Below are positions 39,288 through 52,499 of a DNA stretch of 64,000 nucleotides, in pieces; the first letter of the stretch is position 1, and each line of letters begins with the position of its first letter. Made by a program: the position numbers and the translations under genes. This DNA is from Octopus vulgaris (lineage: Eukaryota). The stretch is from assembly GCA_951406725.2 (NCBI GenBank), contig OX597814.1, positions 64,046,001 through 64,110,000 on the forward strand, written 5' to 3'. The notes beneath the pieces are model-generated. The model saw nothing but the letters and a program-made list of their open reading frames with translations. It was not told where the DNA came from and ran no database searches.

Positions 39288-40585
39288 TGAGGGGTACCCA
39301 AAAGAGACCAGAATATTATCATTTTCTAATATCATTTTATTCACTTAGATTTACATGTTTACACTTTTATCGCCTTCAAAGTATTCTCCGTTTGAAGTGC
39401 TGCATCGGCGAGACGCGTTTTCCACTGTTCGAAGCAGTCCTGGAACTCTTGCGAAGTGATGCCTTTTAATGGCTCCGTCGTTTTTTCTTCACCTCTCCCA
39501 CGTCCGCAAAACGTTTTCCATTAAGGACATCTTTCATTCGGGGTAAAAAAAAGTTGCAGGGAACAAGATTGTGTGAATAAGGAAGGTTGGATAAGCGGGG
39601 TCATGCTATTTTTTTTTTTATCAAAACTTGTCTCACACACAAGGCGGTGTGTCAGGTGTATTGTCGTTATGAAACTACCACTCTCAGCTTTGCCATAAAT
39701 CGGGGCTTTTTCGTCTCACCGAGTCTCGCAAATGCTTCAGAACAGCCAATTAATGTCTAGTTAACAGTTTAAACAGGAGGAACAAATTCTGTGTGGACAA
39801 TTCCTTTCGCATGAATGAAACAAATCAGCATCCTCTTGACAGTGAACTTCCCTTGACTCGTTTTGAGAGGAAGGGCGTGTTGACATTGAATGCTTCCATT
39901 GATTGGATTGCTTCTACGTTTCCGTGTCATAGTCGTAGCACCAGCTTTCGTCACTAGTGATGATCTTCGAATAAAGGTCTGGATCAACTTCAAACTGTTC
40001 TTACATTTCACGGCAAGCATTGAATCGTGACTGCTTTTTATCCTCTGTGAGCAAACGAAGCACACATTCTGCTACAACTCTTTTCATTCCTCGCTAAAAA
40101 TTCGTTGGCATGGGCTCCAGAACACACAAGTCATATGAACAAGTTCGTCAATTGTTCGGTAGCGGTCCTCCAAGATCATTTCATGAATTTTCGCGATGTT
40201 TTCATTCGTTCAGGAGGTCGACGGTCGCCCTCAACGAGGTTGGTCTTGAAGCAATAAGTGTTTAATCCTAAAGCGTGAAGACCACTCGTAAACCTATCTT
40301 TTGATCATGGCGTCCTTGAAAGCTGTTTGAAGCATGACACCTGTTTCAGCCGCCGTTTTCCCCAGCAGAAAACAGAATTTCACGGAAGCACATTGCTCCT
40401 TGGTTTCAACCATCGCGACAATCGACGAACAGGGGAGAAGCAATGCAAAGCAAAGATATAACACGATGCCAGTCAGCAGACTAATGCCTGAGGCTCGCAT
40501 CAAGTGGCTTCTAGCGGCAGAATCCTGAACTACAACAGACTTGTCCCACAGAGAACGTTTCCAGATACTTTTGGGTATCTCCTCG
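39288..40585 (-). mobile_element. Inactive mariner (Tc1/mariner) transposon
   Basis: TIR-like ends TA-tgaggggtacccaaaag / cttttgggtatctcctcg, ~1.3 kb. Minus-strand fragments EQCASVKFCFLLGKTAAET (HTH), ITSDESWCYDYDTET and KRMLICFIHAKGIVHTEFVP, with frameshifts and deletions. Confidence 0.92.
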
Positions 40586-40854
40586 AATACATCTACGCTT
40601 TCAGTGATGCTGGTAGACATGTTGAGCGAGCCTTCAAGATCTTTACATGCCGTCGGCAATTTTTAGTAACATGTCTGATAAACCACTCATGCTTAATGAT
40701 AAACACAAGCACATACATGCACACACACATCTATATATTTATAAAGAAATATATTTATATACCTTCTACTTAAGAAATTGAGTACTTTACTGTAGTATTT
40801 TACTAAAATTATGTTTATTTCCATTCTTACAGTATCACAAAGTATAATTATGTA

Positions 40855-40892
<38 letters not shown>

Positions 40893-40894
40893 AG

Positions 40895-41097
40895 GTACAC
40901 CCAGCCTGTGTTACCGATATGATGGTGATGGCGTATGTGAAAAAGATGAAGAGGGTTCCAGTTTACGTGACTGTGGATTTTTCACGCCACCGGGTTACGA
41001 AGATCAGTGGCCTATTTCTGTCAGTGGTAACCCACAGCATCAAAAAATGCCTGAATGTCCAGAAGACGTACTGATTGGTGCTCCGTCAAGGTTTCAG
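40895..41097 (+). CDS. PAPPA: Pappalysin-like exon
   Basis: tgtag|...|gtaatt. GTPSLCYRYDGDGVCEKDEEGSSLRDCGFFTPPGYEDQWPISVSGNPQHQKMPECPEDVLIGAPSRFQ, like PSRCYFHDGDGVCEEFE...KDCGVYTPQGFLDQWA. Phase 1 to 0. Confidence 0.95.
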
Positions 41098-42997
41098 GTA
41101 ATTTTCCACACCTACCCCATCGTTTCAATAGGGATTTAGTTCATTTACAAATATGAAAGAGGTTACGAAAAGAGATAATATTTAGTGTACGAGAACATGA
41201 TGAAGAGATTCTTTCGGATGAAGATGATGGTGGTATTGATGGTCACTATTGTAAACGTCATCCTTTGATCTTTGAAGTCTAACAGAAGTTTAATCCATAT
41301 GTTGATCCTGTTTCGACTTTATTTTACGTCTATGAGCAAAGGTATTTTACCTGTAAACATCCCAGTTTCTTTCTCAGAATGTGTGTATTGAGCTTCTTTA
41401 AACCAATGTGTAGGTACAGTAAAAACACATCGCTACTATTTCTTGCTAGTCAAGTGTCCTTGTAGAAACATTTGTTCACTCGCATTAGCTTTGTTTATGA
41501 ATGTGGAGCCTTTATGTCAGCACTACATTTGACTACACTTAATGTCTTTCCTCTTCTACTTTTTCCTTTTCTCTACTCATGTTTTTTTTCTTTTTGGCTT
41601 TTCTGTGGGATTCTCTCGTAAGATTCTTTAAGAGACAGTTAACTTAAGGAATTTGAAATGCTAAATAACTAAATCGAACTATATTCATTATTATATCATC
41701 CTCATTATAATCCAATATTGTTCACCATTTTGAGTAACGGGTCTTTGAGGACTGATATGAATTTAGATGATCGAAATTATAGGTGGTTTATATCAGGTCA
41801 TCGGTGGTGTCTTGCGTCTGCGGTCGGACACATGGCTTCCAGACGGTTCAGTTAACCTAGCTGTAAATATATTCCGAAATATAAGAAAAACTAGTCACTC
41901 TAAGCAACTGCAACACTATAAATCTGGCCAGTACAACATAATGAAAAACCTGTCGTTCAAATCTGTTGTAACTATTTAAGAATGAATATGTACGTCATCA
42001 TTTTCATTCCCGCTGATCTCCATTAATGTGGTAATTTATTATCGATTTAGCAGACATCAGAACGCATCAGCAAATAATTTGTTTGCTAAATTCTTCTTCA
42101 TTTGATCCGGAGTTAGCTTTGAAAGGAGACACTCAACCTGATCGAAACACTGGTGCCTCAAGGTCCCCCTACTTTAATGAATCGAAAGTGTTGGGCACTC
42201 GCTTTGACTGAAAAGAGAAGTAGGTCTCCAATGACGAAGTACAACAGTGATTAACAAATTCACGTTTAAATTTGCCAGAATGAATTAAGAATGAATGTGT
42301 CATTACTTTGATTCTCGCTCTTCTTTTATAATATAGTAAGATGTTCTTTAGAATCTCTAGGGCATTATCAGTTATTTTTTAGTGTACCAAAAGGAAAACA
42401 ATGGCGACAGTCCCAGATGACAATAAATATGAGAGTGAGGTCTGTATGGCTGACTCGAAAGGAGATCGTGCTACCAGTTATGAGATCGGATAACTGATCC
42501 CTATACTGTCACTGTTGCTGTGTTACTATATTCACGGCTCTTAATAATCAAATGAAAATAACTTATCACCAAAATCATTTTTTCTAGTTTAGAGTGAATG
42601 CTAAGTTCATCTCCTTAACTTCTGCTGAGAAATTAAGGAGAAAGCAAGGTTTTCTGTAATATACTAAGAATGCAATGGCTTTGATACATCATTATTGATA
42701 TATGATAAATATGGAACACTTTCACGAACCGAACATGTGCAATACACTGAAGAATTGCTTGTGATCTCTGAATTCAATATTTAATAGATGACTTCTTTCT
42801 TCAGAGTATAAGCTGAAATTGAAATCATGTCAACACGATTACTTTATATATAAAATTTATTAACTGTAAGTTTTCTTTATACATTCAAACCTTTGAACTA
42901 TGATGTATTTTGCATACCAGTCTGCACACTAAAAGACCGACCGCACGTGACTCTTCGCCATTACTATGCTGAGCTGTAGCGAATATATCTAAATACC

Positions 42998-43306
42998 GTG
43001 GGAGGTATAGGGCTTAGTGGTTAGGGTGTTCGGCTCATGATCGTAAGGTCGAGAGTTGTGTTCGATACCCGATAGTGCATTGTGTCCATGAGCAAGACAG
43101 TTCATTTTACATTGCTCCAGTTCTCTCGGCTGGCAAAAATGAATACTATCATGTAACTCTAGAAGGGCCAGCTTTGTCACAGTATGTGTCGCTCCGTATC
43201 TCCCTAAGAATTACGCTGAGGGTACGCGTGTCAATGGAGTGCTCAGCTACTTGTGCGTTAATTTCACTGCAACCCTCGTCATCGTAACCGACAGAGTGTC
43301 TGTTTA
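42998..43306 (+). mobile_element. SINE family A with 13-bp TSD
   Basis: A/B boxes present. Flanked by atatctaaatacc at 42985-42997 and 43307-43319. Confidence 0.9.
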
Positions 43307-43995
43307 ATATCTAAATACCACTCACTGTTAGGATAGGAAGTATTGTATTATCATAATGTAGCTCGTTAGATTCCATTGTTACTTCATGCTCTACAATTTG
43401 CCACCGGTTGTTTGCGGCATAACTATTTCACTTCTCTCACAATTGCATTAATACATACGTTAATTCAATTCCCATGAAGGGTGTAAGTTATCAAAGAAAT
43501 ATACTGATCAGTCTTTACGCGGCTGTAACCTCCCCACTAAATCAGATGCTGAATTTTTGAGTACCATCATGTAATAGACCACCTCCAAAACTTTTATGAT
43601 GGTACAAGAGTCTCTCACAGAAATATAATTTTCTAAGTGCAGGAAATTGCGCTACCTTATCTTATCATCTTTTCATATCAATCCTCATGAATTGAAATTT
43701 TCATTAAAATTTTCAATAAATTTATAAAGACTTTTCTGTTCTTTGATCCCATCAAAACATGGTTTGCATGAGTAACTGTTAAATTCTGTTGATTAGTCGA
43801 TATCTAAAACAATATTATTTTCCAGATGGTTGTGTGTAAGGGGAGGAACATTATGTTGCTGTTTTTAATATGTCAATAGATTCTACAGGCACTACTACGT
43901 TGTTCCTAATACAAGCGTTTCAGACAATTATAGCTAAAATTAATTTCAGAAAAATCCTTCTTCTCCATGCTATTTACCATTCTTTTCTTTTGTAG

Positions 43996-44079
43996 GAATG
44001 CAAAAACAATGCTGACCTATCTGATGTTTGGCAACCTTGTAATATAAATTTCTTTTCTGATAATGATTACTGGGTCAAG
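43996..44079 (+). CDS. PAPPA: Pappalysin-like exon
   Basis: tgtag|...|gtaata. ECKNNADLSDVWQPCNINFFSDNDYWVK, like VCRTK...AWYPC...FWLR. Phase 0 to 0. Confidence 0.88.
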
Positions 44080-44254
44080 GTAATATTTTATTAATTTATT
44101 CAACTATAGTATAATTAATTAAACAAAAAAAATGTTCATAAATATATAAGGGATCCAGCTGCTTTTTTTATTTCTTTATCAATGACTACATACATTCCGC
44201 TATCATTACCATCTTCTGTTGCAAAGTGGTTCATTATTACAATTAATAATTAAT

Positions 44255-44530
44255 AATTGTTTCTAATACAGGCACAAAAACACAAATTGGGAAGGTGGGA
44301 TTAGTCAATTAAATCTAACCAGTAGTTGCCTGGTAAATTAATTTGTCTATGTCAAAAAGATTAAAGACAAACCAAACGGAATTTAACCTCGGAAGAAATA
44401 CAGCAAGAAATACGTCCAATATCCTGGCGTTCTGGCGCCCTAATAATTCTTATATAGACACAAGGCCTGCAATTTAAAGAGAAACAGTTACTCGATATGT
44501 TGACCTCAGTACCTGACTAATACACTCGAC
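44255..44530 (-). mobile_element. Decayed SINE family D copies
   Basis: tttctaatacaggcacaa... and tatagacacaaggcctgcaattt... tails recognisable. Confidence 0.55.
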
Positions 44531-47500
44531 GGCCAACGCTGAGCATTCTGAAAGACAGATAACTTCAGCCAAAATTCAGGATAGCCTTGTCGGTCATCAT
44601 CTAAGCTTCCATATCAATAATCCACAAATAGGAACAAAAGAGATATTTCATAGTAATTCCTCTAGATGGCTAAAGAAATACAACTACCCTATCTTAGTCG
44701 GGTCAAAAAGTTAATTCTTGTTAAGATATCACCTTTGATGCTATTCAGTACCACCAGCTTACAGTTCGAATCCAGGAATATCATCTGTAACTTGAGATTC
44801 AAAAATTTTTATCCAAGCTGCTATTCAGTCGTACCCAGACCGTTCAAATCATGGATACACTTCGAGTGTACGCGTCTTGTAAATACTAATTTCGTTGACA
44901 GTTATTACATTACTATCTATTAACCTACTCTGATTACAATTACATTCGTCGGGAAAAAGATAGGCGAGTGGTTGTTTAGATCACTTGTGAAGAAGTACAA
45001 GAAATACGATCTCTTCTCTGGATTGGGGTTACTTGTAAGGCCCTCTCAAAAACTTAGGTTGGTTGGGGGATGAGTTAGTGAAAGCCATTTGTTAGTATCA
45101 TGATGGTGATTTGTTATGAACCTCAGAAATTTCCTGTTGTTTCTATTCATAACAGTAAAGGGGACAAAAGTTTGGGGCCTTTTGAGTGCTTTTTTTCAAT
45201 CTTTTAGTCAGGAGAAAAGGCTCTGTTTCGGGCTTTTTGCAAGTGAAGCTGGGTGGGGAGATAAAGTTATCCTGAAACAGGAAGCCGACCCGATTTTTGA
45301 CTTTGGTGCTACTGATGTTCTTATTCTTATTTTTTCTTGTTTCTTTTAATGTTTTTGCTATGATTGTTGTGTTTTATTGTTATTTTTATGGTTGATGTTG
45401 TGGAAAAATGGATGGGTGGAGTGCGTCAGATTCACGAGTTCTCTGTTGCCTGTCAGTCCTTCCACTCTTTCACTTAAAGTAGCTTATTATGTCTCCTATT
45501 TAATATTTCTCTTAGCGAAGACCTTTTGCAACGAGTGACGAACGATATTGCTTTCAGTCATTTCTGCGTATGAGCATACATACGAGCATATATTAGACTT
45601 TCTGTGCGTTGATATGTCACCATTCATATATCAGTATTGTCCGTTATTGCACTGGAGGCCTTCCTGCCCTCGTTCTGGACGAGTGCTTTACTCAAATAAT
45701 ATTTCTGTATTGCTGGTCGTTTCCAGCTATTGCTGCTCTCAGGAAAAAGACAAACTTTGCGGCTATTTTGCTGTAGATGTCGTTAAAGCATTTACTGACG
45801 CTGTTAATCTCTTGTTCGTGTGGTGTCAGAGCCTACAGTTGAAGCAGTGGTAGTGTTGGGTGTGTTGGATGTGATAGCGGTAATTGAATATGTAGTAGTT
45901 ATGTTGTTAACTTAGTTGCGGTGATAATGTTGTTCGGTTAACTTACAGTATTTTGCTATTGTCATTTTCTCCTTATTTTGAGCTATAATTGTTCTTGTTA
46001 TCGTTGTTGCGCTTCATGATATGTTCACCATGCAAAGTGATGTTTCAACGCTGTTAGTTTTACTGCCTTACTTTCTATAATAACTATTTTAGCTTGAATT
46101 TCTGTCTGTTGGGTTCTGTGTGTCTGTGTTACAAACGCTAATTATTGCAAAGCATGTAAATATCTAAATCACAAAATGATAGTATAACTGGCCAAATTTA
46201 CGATATCTATGTCTAAGTTCTCATGCATTTGGATATCTTCTCTGAACGAGACCAATGCACAATAACAGAATCGCTAGTCCAGGGACCTTCGACAATGGTT
46301 AGCATGGACTTCTCTTCCAAGCCGACAAGCGGCAGGCCCAACAAATTTTCATGGTTAATGCTTGTTCATATCAATCTCCCGTATTTCATCAGTTTGAATC
46401 CGAACATTCACTTCCGTAATGACTAATAGCATCAAAGTAACTTTATCCAAACATTCTGACACTAACCATTCATGTCACCTACTGCAATAATCTATGACTC
46501 GTTTATTAGTGTTTTCTGCTCAACTGCAGGAATCACACCGTTCTCGTCGCTTTTCTCGAGAGATCATCAGCATCTAAGAAATATGTCTGTTTCGAATCAA
46601 ACATCGAGAAAATTGTGGGAGAGGGCTATGTCTCGGAATACTTGATTTCGATGATGACTATGACAAATATATCTAGTGATTTGTGGCCTGTTGTGTAAAT
46701 CATTTTGCTTGCAACCTATCTACATGCAACTAACTCCTTCTACAAAATGTGTAACTCAGTTCGCTTGCCCTACATTCTTATCAACCGAGCAATCCAATTT
46801 TCAATGTTTCTCAAATCTCCTCTACGGCATTACATAGGCTGCTTTTATTTGGAAATCCCCTGCTCAGGTGGGAATTTCTATCACAAATCTGTCTAGACTA
46901 CAGGTGTAATAGACCATACACCTGTTGGATGCTTCTTTTCATATAACTTCATTTTTCATTTTATTTTGTTATTTTCCCTTACGTTCAGCTTCAATCCTCC
47001 AGCGAATGCCGGAGTTGAATATGTCTGTGTTGTTCCTTGTGTTTTGCTAGCTACTTTTCTTATTTCATTTCATGTTTTTGCTGTAAATGTTGTTTCTATT
47101 TTCTCTGTAACCGTACAGTCATTTTTTTCTGTTTCTCCTCTTGTGGTAACTCTTCTACTAGAGCTCGGGTAGAATCAGCATGACACAATATTCTATATTC
47201 TATACACAGCCCAACTAGCGGGTTTCCCACAGTTTATCTTTTTCAACGTTTACTCACAAGGATTTTTTAAAAATGATGTTCAGTGAAATCGAACATGGGA
47301 CCTCTTAATCGTGAAACAAACTACTAACTCATTTATATTAAATATATGTATGAATGAGTACGTAGAAATGTTCATGGGCGTATGTGTGTACATCTGTGTT
47401 TGCAAATGAATGAGTGAATGAATATGTGTATGTGAGTATTGTTTATACTAGCAATACAGAACTACTGCTTAACGCACATTCTGTCATAACATTCAGAGGT

Positions 47501-47902
47501 CATTGCCACTAGAATTTCACAATCTGCCACCTGCCACATAGGTGCTTTGATGGGAATAATATTTATAATTTTATAACGTACAATATAAATGGCGTAACAT
47601 TTATATTGTGATTGGCCAAGTAGCTAATATATAACCAGTATGCATTCGTAAACAGTAATATTTCTATTTTGTTTAGCCCCCAAGTCAGCCTTGATGTTTC
47701 TGTTCATATTTTGTGAAATACTTCTGTATTGTCAATTCAGCACTGTTTATAGTCTGTCAACGTTGCCGTTGTCCCTTTTATCAATGCACTACTTTCTGCC
47801 ATATCATGCTCATCAGAGAAATATTTGACCCAGAAGCCTAGGAACTATTAATGTCAACGATGAGCATCTGTATCGTTTCCTCTTTGAGCAATGTGTCAGA
47901 TA

Positions 47903-48202
47903 GTGGCGACACATGGCCTAGTGGTCAGAGCAGCAGACTCGCGGTCGAGGGATCGCGGGTTCGAATCTCAGACCGGGAGATGTGCGTGTTTATCAGCGAA
48001 GCACCTAAGCTCTACGCGGCTCCGGCAGAAAGTAATGGCGAATTTTGCCGACTCTTTCGCCACAACTTTCTCTCACTCTTTCCTTCTGCATCTTGCAGCT
48101 CACTTGCGACAGACTGGCGTCCCGTCCACGTGGGGAACCTATACGCCAAGGAAACCGGCCCTATGAGCTAGGCATGGCTCGAGAAGGAACAAACAAAATA
48201 AC
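47903..48202 (+). mobile_element. tRNA(Arg-like)-derived SINE (family B) with TSD
   Basis: TGGCCTAGTGG A box, TCGCG loop, GGTTCGAATC B box, (AAAC)n tail. TSD tgtgtcagata / tgcgtcagata. Confidence 0.88.
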
Positions 48203-48264
48203 TGCGTCAGATATGGCCTTTTGCACAACAGTTAAATCTGAGATCTTGCACATAGTTGCAACGC

Positions 48265-48562
48265 GAAATCGTGGCTGTATGGTATGAAGCTTGCTTTCAA
48301 ATCACATGGTTTGGGGTTCAATCCTACTGCGTGGCACCTTGCGCTACTGTCTTCTACTATAGTCTCTAGCCGACCAAAGCCTTCTGAGTCGATTTGGTTG
48401 ACGGAAATTGATAGACGCCCGTCGTATATATGTATACATACAAAAGTGAGCGCTAGAATAAGTCCTGAGATCGATTTCTTAGACTAAAAGCCTTTAAGAC
48501 GGTGTTCCAGCATGGTCGCAGTCGAATGACTGAAACAAGTAAAAAATTAAAAGAAAAATAAG
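48265..48562 (+). mobile_element. SINE family C (older copy)
   Basis: gtggctgtatggtatgaagcttgctttc...cagcatggtcgcagtcgaatgactgaaacaagtaaaa. Confidence 0.8.
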
Positions 48563-48824
48563 AATGGTGCAAATGAGTATGCAAATGTGATGAAATACTT
48601 GTAGTATATTTAGATGGCTAAAATTTGCATATTTTTCTGTTGGTACATCAGTTAGTCTTTGTAGAAATTGGAGACTGTGTTTGCAGATTGAGATAAAGTG
48701 CTACTATCTATCGGTTGTGCTTAAGAATGTTTTTTAGAATATTGATCATTTCATTTCAGTTCAAATTTTCAAGGACATACCTCTATGAACTTCCTTAAGT
48801 TAGTACGTATATGTGTGTGTATTC

Positions 48825-49138
48825 ATGTATATAAATAGAAAATGAGATGACAATATAATAAACGATTATCTTATGAAGTTCATTAGCTTATAGCTGTTTC
48901 TGCTACAAGACGCAGTGGACACAGTTGAATGCCTTATAGCATCATCGGAGCCTCAAATATGAAGTGCAACTTATTTGGGAAAAGAATTATATTTATGCAT
49001 AAATATCTTTTCCCAAATAAATTGTACTTCATACTCGAGGCTCCGATGAAGCTATAAGGCGTTGCTCAGACACTCAACTATGAATCTCTTGCGTCTTATA
49101 GCAGAAACAGCTGTAACTCATTTTCTATTTATATACAT
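48825..49138. repeat. ~310-bp fold-back palindrome with an HHR-like motif in each arm
   Basis: Centre atatttatgcataaatat. Arms include ttatttgggaaaaga/tcttttcccaaataa and atgtatataaatagaaaatgag/ctcattttctatttatatacat. Motifs CCGATGA-stem II-GAAAC-agct-(G/A)TA at 48885-48952 (-) and 49039-49116 (+). Confidence 0.9.
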
Positions 49139-49364
49139 ATATAATAAATCAAGGGTATAAATCCTCTTAAAGAGATGTCAGCATCCGCGTTCTCCGGTTA
49201 TATCCAGTATATCAATGAAAAACCAAAGACGTTAGCTTCGTATTGATGGATCTGGGTATACTATTTATTACCTTTTTTATATGAGAAAATGAATACAAAG
49301 AAACTAACATATAGGCATCAACTTGCTAGAACATAATGCAATTCTGAACAATATCAAACTCAAT

Positions 49365-49477
49365 TTCACCTACAATTGTTTCCATGTCCAATTGAATCAA
49401 TTTGAGAAATCAAATTAGATTAAATTAAATTAAATTTCCATATCGAATGTCGTTAATTGGGTATTTCAACAGGGGAA
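49365..49477 (-). ncRNA. HHR-like motif, long stem II, CUGU core
   Basis: Minus strand: ttccc-CTGTTGA-..ccaatt[...]aattgg..-GAAAC-aatt-GTA-ggtgaa. Confidence 0.6.
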
Positions 49478-49971
49478 GAATTTGTAGGAAATGATCTATA
49501 TTCCGATAAGTTGTTTAAACCTTGATGGACTCAGACATGTGCGGTTCAGCAATCAATATATTTTTTAAAAATCACCGTTACTTATGTATAAGTAAACGCA
49601 AAAGTGTTTAATGCATTTGTGCGCGCGTGTGTGTAATGTGTTGAAAAGAAAACAAAAACAAAATATCCGTTAGTTAGATATTTTGAAACGATTACTTTAA
49701 GCTAGAAGCTAAAAAAACTATTATTCCTAAACTAAATTTCTAAATGACCAATCAAACAAGTCCATTTTTAAAGGTGTAGCGTTTGTAATAGTCTGGATAG
49801 AATTGACATATCGGTTCCATTCTAGCAAAAACTGTCCGATGAACGGCAACGGGAAACTCAGAGTAACAGGTTTTGTTGAATTTTCTGCTGCTTTAGATAA
49901 AGCATATTACTCTACCACTGGTATTTGAGTACTCTTTTTTCCACCTTGTTTCACATTTATGTGTTTACTCC

Positions 49972-50054
<83 letters not shown>

Positions 50055-50453
50055 AATCGTTTATTCCTTTGTCTTCTCATTTTCTATTTATATACATATA
50101 TACATATACGTACATATAGAGATGCAGCCCGTGAGACGTTAAATGGAGATGTTGCACTCCTGGAAATCTTACATATACACATACATGCACACACACACAT
50201 ACGCGTGCGTGTATCTATAATATAACAGTGCGACAGATAGATGTTGATAAAAACTGAACGAAGTAAATCATGTGATCTGTACAATTATATGAAACTCCTG
50301 CTGGCGGTGCCTCAGCGTGGGTGTAGTCAAATGAGTGACATAAGAAAATGAATGAAAGAATATGTGTGGTTTGTATATAGATACAAAACACGCCTCCACT
50401 AATATATTCATACAACATATACATAAATATTTCTTTTATTTCTTCTTTTACAG

Positions 50454-50676
50454 CTGTATTTCAAACGTCCAGTGATTGCAATCGCCGTGATCATTTACTT
50501 AGGTTCAGACGGGAGGACATATGACAGCCCTGAGAATAAGTTTATCTTTATCCAATTGATTGATTCTAATAATCAAGTGACTAATGTTGAAAGAAAATTG
50601 ATGGTTGTTTGTAACACAAATCCTGTCCATGTATCCATATTCCATGATCTTAGCAAGCCATTTTTCAAGACAAAAG
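50454..50676 (+). CDS. PAPPA: Pappalysin-like exon
   Basis: tacag|...|gtatat. LYFKRPVIAIAVIIYLGSDGRTY...IQLIDSNNQ...CNTNPVHVSIFHDLSKPFFKTK, like YFSQPMVAAAVIVHLVTDG...CRNNPLIIPVVHDLSQPFY. Phase 0 to 1. Confidence 0.95.
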
Positions 50677-50993
50677 GTATATATCTGTAAATCTATAGTT
50701 TCTCCTTAGTTTATCAGCAACTTATATTTTTGTATGTATTCTCTCCGACAGAGTTGTAAATTTTGTCCCATATACATATTGTTTTTCTTCATTTTGGACA
50801 TTTCTTATGATTAAAGACAATCGACATCTCCCGCACTCTATAGTACATATCTGACATACCAACATGCAATACCTCCATAAACACACACATATATATATAC
50901 ATACTTATGTCTGTGCATGTGTGTATGTATACATACATACATATATATATGTATATATATGTATATATATGTGTGTGTGTGTGTGTGTGTATG

Positions 50994-51025
<32 letters not shown>

Positions 51026-51369
51026 AGCAGAAAATGGAGAAAACAAACAAGCAAACAAATCGACCAACATCGGTTAATTATTTTTTAATACAAAACATAG
51101 CATAACATTACATAACATTTCTTATGGCTGTTTTGGCTGCCAACGTCAGTCGGTGCTTACAAAAAAAATTCCGAAAATAATATTCGCCATCTTTATAGCA
51201 CGTACGATCTAGTACGATGAGCTTCATCAGGGTGAATACAAATACATAAAATAAAAGAAGAGAAGGGAAGAGGGAAAGGGGAAGAGAAAAGATCAGTGTT
51301 TTATTTTAATTTGAATGCTTCCTGATTCCGATCGTAAATAATCTTTGAATTTTGTATTGCTCTTTTAAG

Positions 51370-51616
51370 GTATAAAACTATCACTTTCTTCCGCAAACAT
51401 TGCTATTGCTGGCGTTCGACTCCGCTCTTCCGAGAATTTTGATCCTATAACACCAGAGAACTGTGGTGGAGACGAATTTTACAATCCACGATCGCAACAA
51501 TGCGTTAACCAAACATGTCCGCCGATGTTATGTGAACCACTTGTCATAAAGAACTCTGCGATATCATGCACTGGACGAAGTGAAAGTGATGTCTGCCACA
51601 TTAGTTGTATGGACGG
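51370..51616 (+). CDS. PAPPA: Pappalysin-like exon (entering CCP/sushi 1)
   Basis: ttaag|...|gtaagt. GIKLSLSSANIAIAGVRLRSSENFDPITPENCGGDEFYNPRSQQCVNQTCPPMLCEPLVIKNSAISCTGRSESDVCHISCMDG, like VAISGVALRSFDNFDPVT. Phase 1 to 2. Confidence 0.95.
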
Positions 51617-52267
51617 GTAAGTTTCGATATCCTCTTTGTCGAGATCATAAATAATTGATAAAATGAAATAAAAGAATATCATGAAATACTCAGGTTTATA
51701 ATAGATGTAATGAGCTTTATAAATGAGTTAATTACCATCATTAACTACATTAAGTCGGAAGCAAACGAAGTTTCGTGTTTACCATGAAGACTCAATTACT
51801 GATTTTGTAATGATCAGCGCATTTCTCTATCACGAAATAAAATTTTTAATATTAGGTTACTACAATTTTGAGTACACTGTGACGTTGAACTATGTATGGT
51901 ATTCCAACAAAACGCTTCTCAGTTTATGCACCACTACACATTACGTGCATCAAGAAATTATTCAACTTTACTGTTGTAATTTACAAATAATTGTTCCTGA
52001 GGTTGATCTCAGTTGTATAATATTTGTAGCATTTGCAAAGGAAGCATTGCTCGTTACCTAGAGGTGGGTGACCTGACTAATGGTGGTGGCTACAATATTA
52101 TTAAAGTAATAAGCGGCAGGTCAGCAGTTCCACATTTACCCGTTAATTTATCTTTTATCTGTCTCATATCACTACAGTGTGATACGAGGTGTGAAGGTGT
52201 AAAGCAGCCTTACGAACGTGTATAGTGCACAGTTTTGATTTGCTGTGAAAAGTCCTGGTTAAAACAC

Positions 52268-52300
<33 letters not shown>

Positions 52301-52395
52301 TCCCTCTCTCTCTCCCTTATCTCTATCTATCCATCCCTCAATCAATCCATCCATCAATCTGTCTATCAATCGTTCAAAATCTCTCTCACTCTCTC

Positions 52396-52499
<104 letters not shown>

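Noticed and set aside
44560-45900. Possible ancient minus-strand PLE N-terminus (K.PNFCP-like fragment)
   Set aside because: Too degraded to support a call by eye.
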